A DNA stretch of 63,759 bases, filler included, from Aduncisulcus paluster (taxonomy: Eukaryota): assembly GCA_024181965.1 (NCBI GenBank). It is 14 parts of 14 records of this genome, joined end to end, with 100 filler letters (N's around TTAATTAATTAA, not from the genome) between each part and the next. Parts side by side here need not be neighbours in the genome. Positions count along the whole stretch, not along the records: positions 33,943 to 37,428 come from BQXS01000065.1; positions 37,529 to 41,829 come from BQXS01000067.1; positions 41,930 to 44,365 come from BQXS01000068.1; positions 44,466 to 47,061 come from BQXS01000070.1; 10 more parts are not named here. The stretch is one strand, 5' to 3'. Made by a program: the position numbers and the translations under genes. Below the pieces are notes generated by a model. It made no database searches, was not told the origin of the DNA, and saw only the letters and a list, made by a program, of their open reading frames with translations. This document shows positions 33,943-46,626 of the stretch, in pieces. Each line of letters starts with the position of its first letter. The stretch's first letter is position 1.

Positions 33943-36900
33943 ATGGCACTCATCTTTGGGAACTGAGTAATTGCTTCATTGGCCATCTCAGAGAGAATGG
34001 CGAGATATCCAATGTCAGATGGATCATTTTGATAGGCAGATATATCAGTCACAGCCTTACCACGAACACTTCCATACACCATTCCACTCCTGCTACTGTT
34101 ATGGTCACGCAGAGTATCCTGAACATCCGCATATGTACCCTTACCGCGTGACAGAGTCAATATGCAGGATTGAATGACTGTGGACACACAAATGGACCGA
34201 CTGTATTGTCCAAGGAAGGATAGGGCAGGGATAGATAGAGCGGAGGAGGAGAGAGAGGTGTGCAATAACAAGGGAGTGACCATGGGGAGGAAGGGGAGAA
34301 GAAGGGTGGAAGGAGGGAGGGTGGAGGGGAGTCGGGCAAGAGTTTGATTGAAGAATGCCGGAATAAAAGGCAAATGAGAAGAAGAGATCACCTTTTTACA
34401 TTTGCTTGACATGGACTGGGCAGGGAAAATCGAATCTAAATCCCTTTCAGTCATAACAAATGGCATGGATTCTGTGAATGGATGGAGCAACAGAGAGTAA
34501 TCCTTGACTTCATCCTCCTCCTCACACTCGTTGACTTGAGGCTTCCATAACATCCTTTCATCATTATTCCAAGTCCATCCTGACATTCTACGTTCACATT
34601 GAGCCTGACGAGCTTCATCTTCCCTTCCAGCACCTACCCAATATGTCTTCCAAAGAGCCCATGACTGCTCATCAATGGTCATTCCATCAATTCCAATGCC
34701 CATTCCGATGGCACTTCCTCCTGCTCCCCCACTCTTTCCACCTCCCCCACTCTTCTTCACAGAACTGTTGCTAGCAGACATGATTCCAGAGCGACTGATA
34801 CTGGCACCTCCGTTGATCAGACCCTCACAACTGAGGCCATGCCATGAACTTTCACTGCTCAATAGACAGATAGTAGGTAAGAGTTGGAATATAAAGGTGA
34901 AGAAAGGCAAGAGAGGGGCAAGAGACATAATGTTTGAGGAACGACCACGAGAACCAAAGAGACGTTTACACATCTCAAGGAAAGGATGGAGATCCTTGAA
35001 CCAGGCATCTATTCCTGTATCTCTAAGACACCAGAGAGCCAGAGAAGCTGGATAGGGAGGGAGATGACTAATGACAGCGGTGCGAAGGGATCCAGAGGGT
35101 GTGAATACAGATGATTGGGGGTCGTTTTGTTCACAGAACACACCCTCGCTGCTACCACTGCCTCCATCGCCAATTGCAGATCCAAGTCCACCGCCAACTC
35201 CTACTCCTCCACCAACGCTGAGAGACACATCTCCAGTGATGTCTCCTTCTGCTCCTTCCTTGGGGGATGTCCCTCTAGAGCTTGCACCAACGACACCCTT
35301 GGGCATGCCAGGAACGGTCCCTAACTCAATGCCCCTCTTAACGGTGAGCAATTCGAGGGAAGAGAAGGAAATAGAAAGGAGTGAAGATAGAGGAAACCGT
35401 GACTGTGGCGGAATATAACCAACTTTCATTGTTTTATCCACAGCGGATGAAGAAGAGGAAGATGAGGAAGATGAGGAAGAAGTCCACAAGAACCCTCCAA
35501 GAGTGGGAAGAGTTCCACTCAAATCGCAACCACAGACACGTTCGTGCTCATCCCAATGAACATGGGATGAGTTGATTACGGCATACTCAAGGAATCTTTC
35601 AGGGATTGAAAAAGCAGATGGCATAGATGGAGAGAAAATATTCATTGTCTTCTGTTTCTTGGTAAACGCTGAAGAATCAGTGCTAGAGGCAGTGCTAAGA
35701 GCTTTATCATATGAACACATGTGTTTATAAGAGGCATCAAGCCATCTGAGGCGTCCGAGTTCACAGACATCACTCTCACTCTCACTCACTCGCTTGTGCA
35801 TAGAGAAAGGAGGGAGGCACAAAAGCATGTCGGGAGAAGGAGAGACAGTCACACTATCGACTCGAGGGCATGTTTTCTGTCTCATGCTCTTCTGTTTCTC
35901 GTCCTCAAGCTTTTTACCCTCAGCTGAATATCCATACACGGAGGATAACACGCCCCCATATCCTGGTCGTTCTCTGGCACACACGAGGGGATTCATATCG
36001 ACAAGGCCTCTGAGGCCTCTCATATACTTTGATCCATCAATTCCGGCACTCTCAATCCACATCAGCATGTCCAAGAACTCATCAACAATAAGCTGGAAGA
36101 AAGGGAGGGATAATTGGTGGAATATAGAGGTTGTAAAGGAAGGAGGGAGGAGAGATGAGAGTTTTGGATTGAGAGAGGAGAGTAAGATTGAAGCTAGATC
36201 ATTCTCAATTCTATTCATAGAACCTTCAGAGGTATCAGGAGAAGTGGGAATGGTGGAAGAAGGAGAATGGCCATGGAATAGGTTTTCGGTCGTCGATTTG
36301 ACAAATTCGGATAAGATTGGGTTGCGAGTAGTCCCCTCAAAATGGATAAATTGTTGCTCGCTGAGTTGGACAGATTCACAAACATTAACACACACTCGAG
36401 CACAGACTCCAAGTGGAATACAGTCGAACATTGAGCTCCCTGAGGAAATGGCTGAGGAAGCGATACTCAAGGGACTCGGAGATGGAGACGAGGAGGAAGG
36501 TGCCGGTTCAGAAGAGCAAAAGACAGAGCAAGGTAGAGAAACATAAAATAGAGGTGAGAAAAACCAATGCCATATAGAGTGTGTGTCCTTTGTCGAGGAT
36601 TTCGAATAATAATGAGCTACTAGTTGGCTAAAGGATTCAAAGGGACATGTCGATGTCATAAAAGACTGAGAGCTTCTTGAGTTTCGCATTTTTTTACCTT
36701 CTTCTGATTTCCTCTTCCACCATCTGAGAGCAGTATTGACACAAAGTTCCATGGCTAATTGAATAATCCGAATCTTACCATGAAAAGCGGGAGGTTGGAA
36801 AAGAAGGGGCATCATAACAATAGCGTCATGGCCTATTTCATACTTTGGAGTGATCGACATGCAAATTTCACGCCATATTTCAGTATAACTACTGAGAGGA

Positions 36901-37428
36901 TCAAATAGGCATGAAACGTGTGATAAAAGCTTGACATATTGACCCATTCTATTGAAAAGGGAAATTCGATTCTTTGTTCCATCAGGTTCCATTATTTCAC
37001 CGAGGATATTATAAAAAAATCTCCAATCGACAAAAATGGGTGGAGGAGTTGAGCAAATGATTCTACACACAATTTTTTGTATTTTTCCAAGGCTATAACC
37101 CCTGAGAAAAGGATCTTTTAATGACAAAAACAACAGAGATAATATGTGAGTCTTGGCGGAGAACGTTAAAGGAGTATTTAGATTTAAAACATCAACTAAC
37201 TGAACAAGAACGTATCTAAATCCCCCATTATCTCTTGTTGAGACCGTTTTTGCAAGGTCTTCAACTATCTTATGACTGTATACGACATTCTCAACTTCTC
37301 TAATATCTTGAATTTCAGAAGGTGATTTGTAATCACAATTTATAATAATATCATCAACCATGTCAAAAATGTTTGAATATAGTGGAGACACAGTGATCAA
37401 AATCATCTCTTTAATTTGCAAAATGGTC
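33943..37428 (-). CDS. PA200/PSME4/Blm10-like proteasome activator (partial, with long low-complexity inserts)
   Basis: KTHILSLLFLSL, VDWRFFYNIL, VKLLSHVSCLFDP...EIWREI..SITP..AIVMMPLLFQP resemble the PSME4 N-terminus (KEDHVLFIKLLYEL, LPWRPLY, LVKSCRPYFP...EMLEEW..FLPT). Confidence 0.55.
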
Positions 37429-37528
37429 NNNNNNNNNNNNNNNNNNNNNNNNNNNNNNNNNNNNNNNNNNNNTTAATTAATTAANNNNNNNNNNNNNNNN
37501 NNNNNNNNNNNNNNNNNNNNNNNNNNNN

Positions 37529-38809
37529 GGGAAAGAGATGGATGAGTTGAAGAGAATGTTGAAGAAAAGCAAGTTGAAAATCCAAGAAAATGAAGAAGAC
37601 CTCAAAATGGAGAAAGCTCGGTTGGAATCTTTTTCTCTCGGTTCGAATGCCTTTCCTTGTCTCGTCGATTCCTTTGATTCTCGCAACAACAAACACGGGG
37701 GTAAAGAAGAGAAAAGTGAAATATCTGCAGAGAAAATGGATGAAATGAGTATCAAAAGACGTATTAAGAAATTTGAGAAAGTTCAGAAGAAGTATGAAGA
37801 GAATATTGATTTGATTCGTCGCGAAATGAATTATAGATTCTTTAGATGTGTTACTTTACAGCACCATGCGAATATTTTATCCAAAGTTGGCTTCAAAGTC
37901 CCTGATCTCCTAAATATGTCAATGGATAAGGTCATAGGCTCTGAGAGTCCAACACTTCCTTTCTTGTTCCAAACCGGTGTTGCTCTTGGAATGTTCCGAG
38001 ATATCAAGGAAATGAGGACAACGATGTGTGACTCATCCAGCAGTGTTCAATCACGTTTCAAGAATGAAGGAAATGTTTTTTCTGCCTATTGGGGTGAATC
38101 GTCAACAAAGGTTGTGCTAAAATATTTTGATCTTCCTTCCGTGAGTTCTCTCTCTTCTTCTTCCTCTTTTCGCACATTACTAAGGTCAGCCTTATCTGCA
38201 CGAGCTTGTGGTGAGTGTAAATACATTGTTCCTCTTTTTTGTGCATTTCGTGATGACCACGTTCACGATTCTTCCAAGAAAAATGGGGCTTATTTAGTGT
38301 TTCCTTTCTATCCACAGGGAGACATGATAAAATGGTTACATTCTTCGGCAACCCCGACACTCTCCCAGATATATAACGTGTTAAGGTGTGTTCTCAGTGC
38401 ATTGTCATTCCTGCATAACAAGGGCATTGTCCATTGTGATTTAAAGCCACAAAATGTGCTGATTGATAAAGAAATGGCTTTGTTATGTGATTTTGAGGGA
38501 GCTGTTGATTGTAGTGAACGTACGTATAGGTTATTCAGTAGAACAATGCGTATAATAACAAAAGATTACACGGCTCCTGAGCTTTTGGATGTCATAGATG
38601 CCCGAGTTGAACATCCCCACCCTCGTCCATCAAGCGATATGTATTCTTTTGGCGTTCTTGTTATGAAAGTTTTCGAAATATTGCAAGGTATCCCAATGCC
38701 TGAAGATTTGAAATATATTTCTTCGATATGCACGAAAAAGGATCCGGAACATCGATTAACAGCTTCAGAGGTACTAAAAAGGTTAAAATCTCATGAGAGG
38801 AAGGTATGA
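37529..38809 (+). CDS. Coiled-coil plus Ser/Thr kinase (5' partial)
   Basis: KVVLKYF, HCDLKPQNVLI, CDFEGA (DFE for DFG), TKDYTAPE, SDMYSFGV, DPEHRLTA; degenerate G-loop. Confidence 0.88.
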   Translation, partial: GKEMDELKRMLKKSKLKIQENEEDLKMEKARLESFSLGSNAFPCLVDSFDSRNNKHGGKEEKSEISAEKMDEMSIKRRIKKFEKVQKKYEENIDLIRREMNYRFFRCVTLQHHANILSKVGFKVPDLLNMSMDKVIGSESPTLPFLFQTGVALGMFRDIKEMRTTMCDSSSSVQSRFKNEGNVFSAYWGESSTKVVLKYFDLPSVSSLSSSSSFRTLLRSALSARACGECKYIVPLFCAFRDDHVHDSSKKNGAYLVFPFYPQGDMIKWLHSSATPTLSQIYNVLRCVLSALSFLHNKGIVHCDLKPQNVLIDKEMALLCDFEGAVDCSERTYRLFSRTMRIITKDYTAPELLDVIDARVEHPHPRPSSDMYSFGVLVMKVFEILQGIPMPEDLKYISSICTKKDPEHRLTASEVLKRLKSHERKV

Positions 38810-39395
38810 TTTTATTACCAAGAGTTACCATTTTATATGCTTTGGAATCCAAAGTTTGGATTGATTGACTTCTTGATGATCAAGACTTGATCTCAATTTA
38901 AGAATGCAAACATAAAATTTATATAAATTTCTGATGAGTAAACTCTTTGACATAATGTCAGAAGTTCTTAACCTCAACCACATCAATTGAATTCAACTCT
39001 TAAATATAATTTTTGAAAATAAAATTGAAATGTGTGTGACATTTCGATGTGGATTGCAATTATTATTTTATGACTGAAGTTCTTTCATGCATCTCTTCAT
39101 ATCGAGCAGGACATGGTACTCTACAAACATCATGGCAGACAGGATAGTAAAACTAACATCCATACGTGTTGGAACTCATTCTTTTCATCTAAATACGTGA
39201 TATAACATGCTTAACTTGACGAATTTCAAAGTAGTAGGCACGCCAGTTTGCAAGACAAAATGCACTGCATGATTGGCAATCATTCATGTCATAATTGCAT
39301 CCAAAACCACACCGAAGTATCAAATCAACTCAGAAAAATGACAGTATTAGTCTGGAGCATTTCTGGTTCTGCCATTCGATAGATTCATGACTATA

Positions 39396-39443
39396 TTGTG
39401 CTAGTTTTGTGCTAGTTTTGTGCTAGTTTTGTGCTAGTTTTGT
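39396..39443. repeat. 11-bp tandem repeat (TTGTGCTAGTT) x4
   Basis: Four perfect consecutive units. Confidence 0.92.
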
Positions 39444-40445
39444 CATCATTATTACCATTACTTGTGGGTGAAAAAGAAGAAGATCTATAGAAGGCAAAGA
39501 ACTTCTTGAAGAAAGGTGAACTATCACATCAGCTCTGATTATGATATTACGGAAGACATGTTTCTATTTTTTCAATGGAACTCATAAATTAAGTTTCATT
39601 TTAGATAAATTAAAGAATTCATTTCAAATCTTACCGGGCAAAACAAGACTTTTATGAAACCAAAACTTACAAGTTGCATTAAGATAATCTTCCTTGATAG
39701 ATGGTCATGAATATATTTATAAAGCAGAATGAAATCTGTTCTCATTTATATTTCACCAGATTGTTGGTGTCAATAACGAATTACAGCNNNNNNNNNNNNN
39801 NNNNNNNTAGAAGGCAAAGAACTTCTTGAAGAAAGGTGAACTATCACATCAGCTCTGATTATGATATTACGGAAGACATGTTTCTATTTTTTCAATGGAA
39901 CTCATAAATTAAGTTTCATTTTAGATAAATTAAAGAATTCATTTCAAATCTTACCGGGCAAAACAAGACTTTTATGAAACCAAAACTTACAAGTTGCATT
40001 AAGATAATCTTCCTTGATAGATGGTCATGAATATATTTATAAAGCAGAATGAAATCTGTTCTCATTTATATTTCACCAGATTGTTGGTGTCAATAACGAA
40101 TTACAGCGAACCTTTGATAAAACCCTACATTCTTACCATCTGAGTCCAATTTTATGGAATTTTTCGAATAATATATTTCACGAATATGATCAATAATATA
40201 TTTAAAATATCTTTGAGGAGTAAGGTTTGTTAAACCCTCATTTGACGCCATTTGGACAACATTACAAAATTTTATACGTCGAAAATCTCCATATCGTATG
40301 TCATTAATACCCATTATGCCGGGATCCATTTTCAATTTAATTTAGTTCGTCCACAACACTAATTTTCATCATTGTCTTGTTAAAATACACCATTATCGAA
40401 TATAATATAGGTCAAGAACATATAAATACAGATCAATATTTACAT

Positions 40446-41829
40446 ATGGAATACGACACAGAGGAAGAAGAAGAATTTTCGAGGTCATCCACTCAAAATG
40501 ATTATGACAAACGAGATGATCCTGATGATTCGAGAGATATGGACTCAAGTACATCAACCCATGACATTCAATCGGGTAGGTCTGAAGAAGAAGAGGAAGA
40601 AGAATTGAAGGATGAAGTTGACGCCTTGAACCTGAAGGAAAAAGAGAAGAAACAAAGAGAAGAACTCAAAACAGAAAATGTGAGGAAGAAAGAATCAGAA
40701 TTAAAGGCCTTGATTTTGTCAATCAAAAGAACTGAGTCTCAACGTGCCATCACATCCCTTTACAAAGAATCATATCCTCGTCTCAAGGCTATCTTTGATG
40801 AATTCGCTTCTTCTTCACCCTCTGCCATCACATCCAATATAGATCTCTTTGAGCTTTGTTTCGAATGTTTGTCCTTGTTCGTGAAGCATAAAGTTACAAA
40901 AGGAGATGGAACTTTGAAGGAAGATGAGGATGATATTGAGGTTATTCTTGATAGTTCTTCCATCAAGAACATTATTGACATTTTCTTGCCTTCAATGATC
41001 CGAGTTGAAAATATTCTGAGAGTGAGAAGAAGAAGAAGAAGAAGAAGAAGAAGAAGGTGGAATTGGAACTGATGATGTTGGAGTGAATTCCATTACAATG
41101 TTATTATTTAGGATGCTTGGCAACTCCACAAATCATAATCAATCGCTTTGTATTTCTATTTTCCCCCAAATCTCTTCCCTCCTCTCCAAGATGATAACTC
41201 TTGGCCTATCCAAGAAATTTGAAGATTCTTTTATTGAAGACATACTAACAACATGCAGAAATATTGCATTTGCCAAAGATGATCCCACCAAGAACTCTCT
41301 TTTATCCCTTCTTCTCCCTCATATCTTACCTTGGATGAAGAAGTATCCTGACAAGAAGTTCTTTTTCTTGTGGACAAACATCTTGAAGAATATCACGAAT
41401 GATAAAGATAACATCAAGGCTCATAAAGATCGTTCCTCACAACTCTGGTTTGTCTTCCATCCTGTCTTGGATGTGATTAAGGATACTGCTTCCAAAGGTA
41501 TTACATTTGATGATGCTGTCATTCGTTGTTTTCGGTTCTTTGCTAACTTTAGTTGTATTCCTTCCCAAGCTGTTGAAGTGCATGATTGTATTAAAGATGG
41601 TCTTCTTGATGGTTGGTTTGAGATGATAAAGAAGAAGAGTGAAGCAGGGAAAGATGATGGTAATTGGGGAATTAAATACTGGTCCGCTCTCATTTCCATG
41701 TTCTCCAGTGTTCCATCTCTTGTTCCTCACATATATCCCAAATATGATACCAACATGGAATGGTGTAAGAATAATGGGGGTTGGGGTGAAGATTATTCAA
41801 GATATCTTGTTAACTGCTATCCTTCTCTG
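40446..41829 (+). pseudogene. ARM/HEAT-like helical repeat gene with a frameshift at ~41025 (3' partial)
   Basis: ORF 40377-41072 and ORF 41083-41829 join if the (GAA)n run is read as poly-Glu (EEEE GGIGTDDVGVNSITMLL); helical ARM-like motifs TCRNIA, ILKNIT, FFANFS. Confidence 0.6.
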
Positions 41830-41982
41830 NNNNNNNNNNNNNNNNNNNNNNNNNNNNNNNNNNNNNNNNNNNNTTAATTAATTAANNNNNNNNNNNNNNN
41901 NNNNNNNNNNNNNNNNNNNNNNNNNNNNNCGCCTCGTGCTGAACTTGTATGACAAATGCCACCCAATTGCAAAGATACGGAA

Positions 41983-42605
41983 CACAAATCTCAGTATTAA
42001 ATGTATCAAATGATCAGGATCTGGCATTGGAGTTGGAGTTGGAGTTGGAGTTGGAGTTGACTGCGGGGAAATGTCGTGTTCCATGAAGCATCAGGGGATT
42101 AGATTCGTAGCAGTATACAGACATATGTATACCATCGTATTCCGAGTTCTTGATATTTTTGATTGTAAGCAAAAGCAAGTGAAAATGAAACAGAAAGGCA
42201 AGGATAAGGATAGAAATGAAATGGAAATATATCCATGTTATTGAATAGCATTGAAATCGTTCATAAATGTTCTTAACGCGTGAAATGGAACTATATCCAG
42301 TCCTGAGGGTTCTCCAAAAGCCTGAGATATCGAGAATAAACACCATGGCATTGAAATGAAAATAAAACATGTTTTTATCATTTACCAGCATTTAACTCGT
42401 TTATATGTGTTTTTTTAAATTCCAATCTTATCTATTGAAGGGTTGCTTGTTCAGTCCTCCATTTTTTCTCGTCGTACAAGCAAATTGTATGTTTACTATA
42501 TGTCATATCTTTTATTAAATGTATATTAAGAAATATTTTAACCGGATTCATTCATTATTCTGCTTGTTTTTATATTTTAGATAAGAAATTTATATCTCTA
42601 TTCAA
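41983..42605 (+). repeat. Conserved leader of the MSSSTD cassette (copy B) with 5' boundary CACAAATCTCAG, (TTGGAG)n and a putative 5'-UTR intron at 42487-42580
   Basis: Near-identical to 49205-49679, 57243-57691, ~59620-60252 and the reverse complement of 33237-33842. Confidence 0.92.
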
Positions 42606-44365
42606 ATGAGTTCATCCACAGATGCTGTTATTCAAAATGTGGAACCTGAGTTTGTTCATGAAGGGGATTGGTCTTGTTGTCCAATTCCTAGAGATGCCCC
42701 CAATATTAAGAGTGCAGAGCTTCCAACTATCAAAGCAATAGCTGTAACTGATAAAAAGTCCGATCAGAGTTCTAATGCACAAGATATGATGAAAGGAGAG
42801 TGGAATCGAGGATATTTTACCATATATGGAACCAAGGAAGAAGGTGATGAAAAGTACGATCAGAGTTTTGAAGCACAAGATATGATGAAAGGAGAATATA
42901 ACAGTGGACAATTTACCCATATCTCCATTCCTTTCTCTTTATCTTCCACAATGAAAGGGGCTTATATCTCTCTATATGGTTATACTTTATCTCCATCACA
43001 CCTTATCTTCACTCTAACATCTTCAAAGGGCGATAAAACATCCAAGAAATACGAGTTTCCCGAATTTGAAGATCATCATTGGTATTTCCTTCCTGTTGAT
43101 CTCCCTGATGTTGTTCTGTGTGAGATTACAGGGAAAGGAAGATATAAAGAGTATTTTGAAATCAAATCACTTGTTTTCATTAGTAGAGAAGAAACTCCTG
43201 AAGAAATCACATCTCGTGAAGGCAGAGAAAAACTATGGTCTGAAGCTCCAATTGTGAAATCAGAGTTTGTTAAGGAAGGAGATGAAGAATCTTTTGGTAG
43301 AGGTTCTATTCCCATTCCACGAGATGATCCAAAGCTTGTAGATCCTTCATTCTCAATTGTTAAGTGCAAGGATGATTCGGTGAGTAAGGAATCTGTGTAT
43401 TATGATCAGAGTTCAAATGCACAAAAAATGTTAAAAGGGGAAGATAGTGTCCACTTATCCCATCTTTCCATCCCTTTCCCATCACCTAGTCCAATGAAAG
43501 GTGCTTATATCTGTGTGAATAAGTATTTGAGTTCACCCTCTCTTCTCTTCACTTTCACTGATTGTGATGGTAAGAAGACATGCAAGAAGTATGAATTCAC
43601 AAGACCTGAACATGGATATGAATGGCACTTCCTTCCTATTGATTTGTATAATGTTGTATTGTGTGAGATTGAAGGGAAAGGAAGGTGGTGTGATAAGAAT
43701 AGTCGAGATTTCGACATCGAATCCCTTGTTTTCCTTCGAGGTGATGATATTCCCACCTCTCCTCCTCTTCTTACTCCTGTTCCTGTTCCTTCCAGTTCCT
43801 CCAAGACACCCACATCAACTTTGTCTTTGCCATCAAAACCTGTGAAAGAAGAAGAAGAAGAAGAAGAAGTTGTTATTAAAGGAAATGATAAGGATCCAAG
43901 ACCAAAAGACACCAAACCGAAGAAACATAAGGATAAAAAGAAACATAACCCCAAGGATGGCAAGCCCAAGTATAACCCCAAGCACGACTCGCTAACCCTG
44001 ACATCTGCATCCACGCTGACTTCACAGTGCATCATTGGCAGTGGTGGGTTCGGAGAGGTTCTTCTTGTTCTTATTGATGGCATTCCTTTCCCATGTGTTC
44101 TGAAGAAGATGCTTCGGATTGCGGACAAAACTGTTGTGAAAGGGTGTCGGAAGGAGTTTAAAGTGCAACTCAAGTTGTTTACGAATCCCAAATGTTTCAA
44201 CCGTATCCCACGTCCTCTGTATATCCTTGACCTGCTTGATTGCGATATGAAAGGTGTGTATGGCTTCCTGATGGAGTTCTGTGTTGGAGGCAGTGTGAGT
44301 GCGTTTGCCAAGCGTTGGTGTGCTGATGGCAAGTATGTGAGTGTTGATGATACTGCTGATGATAG
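42606..44365 (+). CDS. MSSSTD family tandem DOC-like domains fused via a P/E/K-rich linker to a protein kinase (copy B, 3' partial)
   Basis: Same N-terminal domains as copies A, C and D; from ~43984 IGSGGFGEV, CVLKKML, RIPRPLYILD, GVYGFLMEFC.GGSVSAFAK.WC closely match the kinase at 335-1633. Confidence 0.9.
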
Positions 44366-44465
44366 NNNNNNNNNNNNNNNNNNNNNNNNNNNNNNNNNNN
44401 NNNNNNNNNTTAATTAATTAANNNNNNNNNNNNNNNNNNNNNNNNNNNNNNNNNNNNNNNNNNNN

Positions 44466-46440
44466 TACATACCAATCAGCTGCATCCACGACAGTGTCGC
44501 ATACAACTGCTCTCTCGGCTGGTCCTGACACTCGTCTTGGACAACAGGCTTTCTCTGAACAAGAATTCACGCCAACCCATGCCGAAAACCAACTTAAACA
44601 TGCACAAGCTGATGTGAAACGGTCCATGGAGGACCCATCGCAGCCCATGCACCAGGTTAAGCATCCCACCCGTGGAAGGAGCCGTGTGAACCCTGAAGAG
44701 ATCATGAGTATGCATGGCTGCATTGGAGTGTACAATGGACATGGTTTCTCGAAGGATGGAGATAAGAAGTATGGTGTCTGTGGATGTCCCTATGATGGGG
44801 AACTCAGTGCTATCGAAAAGGGAAGGACAAGTGGTCGCAAGAAGCAAGAATTCCAACCGTTCAAGAAAATGAAGGATGTGGGATCACCTGAAATTCTTCA
44901 ACAATACACAATATTCTATAATCAATGCCTCGCTTTTCCATTATCCGTCAAAGAAGATAGAACTTGGGGAGTTTCTCAGGCTGAAGTCGCTGGTGAGAAA
45001 CTGTGGAGTTGTAAACGGCCTGCGTATGGTTTTTCTTCCTTGCCTTCTGCAGTCTCCCTCCATGTTCGTGGTCACGACATTGCCACAGCCGCTGATGTGA
45101 GTGCTGATGGTAGTCTTGTTGCATGTGCGTTTGATGGCACTGGTGAGGTTTTTATTTGGCAATTGGATGAAAAGAATGAAGATGACACTGATGCTGAAGA
45201 AGCTGGCGATATCGGTGGGAAACGTAGACTCATCGGTGGTGCTCCCACTGCTCCAGGTTCTTCCCAATCCTCCTTTCACTCGACTCCATTCGGAAGTCAA
45301 ACGGAGGACCATCTATTCTTTGGCGGCAATGTCATGTCAATGTCAGCCCAACAACCTTCCATGGGAATGGCTGAGAAACGCCATGCTCCAGGTGCTGTTC
45401 CTTCTGCCCAGGCCTCATCTTTCTCCTTCTTTTCATCATCATCTGCACCTCTTCGTTCCTCAGCCGCACCCAAACGCCCTTTCACCATTGCTCCACCAAT
45501 AGTCCTTCCATGTCATTCTTCTGCCGGCATTCTCTCCCTTAAGGTGTCACACGACGGTAAGCATGTTCTCACTGGTGGAGTTGATGGAACTGTTCGCATT
45601 TCTGATGCAGAGATGGGTGTGCAGACCTCGTACAAATATGTCGATGGTTCCACAGCTTATAGTCTTGTTCGCAGTGTGGATTGGTGTCCAGGTGACCATG
45701 CTTTCTGTTGTGGAGGAGATAACATGTGTGTTAAGCTTTTTTACACACATACTCATCAACCACTTCGGATTTTTGTGGGTCACAAGTCCCCTGTTACTGT
45801 GAATAGGTTCCATGCCAGTGGATCTCTTGTCATGAGTGGATGTATGGATGGTTCAATTCGTATGTTTGATCTTAGGACTGGAATGTGTGTAAGACACTTT
45901 GAGGGTCACATGGCCGCCACAAGTGCTCTCGCTTCATCTCGGGATGGCAGACTCATGGTCAGTGGAGACAGGGACGGTCGTGTTTGTATCTGGGATGTTG
46001 GGATGGGAAGGATTTTAGGAGTTAATCAGGCACATACGAGTGCGGTCAGTTCCATTGATTTTGATAGAGATGATAGAATATTTGTCACTGGCAGTCGGGA
46101 TAGCTGTGTCCGCCTCTGGCATTCTAAATTATTGCGCCATGTTTGTGACATTGCACCTTCATCCCAATGCGGATACAAGAGCCATGATACTGAACAAATC
46201 AAAGCTGTTCACTCTCGTTTCATCCAAGACTATCTTCACGGTGATCCTGACGATACAGAGAGCATTCCTTATCCTTTGGACCTCTCAACAATGCTTCCAA
46301 AGATGGGAATTGGAAGATATGTAATGCAGAGAAGCGTACCATTATGCACGAAATTTATTAGGAGTGGTTCTTTGATGTGTGTTGGGAATTCATTCAGCTT
46401 AAAGGAATGGAGACATATGAGTGACCAAACTGGTCTATAA
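44466..46440 (+). CDS. TAF5: TAF5-like WD40 subunit of TFIID/SAGA (5' partial)
   Basis: LPSAV, SADGSLVACAFD, QPLRIFVGH, FHASGSLVMSG..DGSIRMFDLRTG.CVR.F.GH, FDRD..IFVTGSRDSCVRLW follow the TAF5 blade order. Confidence 0.8.
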
Positions 46441-46626
46441 AAGTAGACTACAATGCAATTTATTCATCAATATGCAATTTTATTGTTATAAGTTTAGATC
46501 GTTGGTTTATTTATAGGACGTAACAGGTTCTCGCTAAATTTTTAAACACTAGGATTTTACGATAAATTGTTTCAGTAAAATTGGGTTTAATTTGCGAGAT
46601 TTTTGGGTGTTTTTTGGCTGAAAGAA

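Noticed and set aside
42027-42059. (TTGGAG)n as telomeric repeats or a CRISPR-like array
   Set aside because: Only about five degenerate units inside a dispersed repeat, not terminal, and with no spacers
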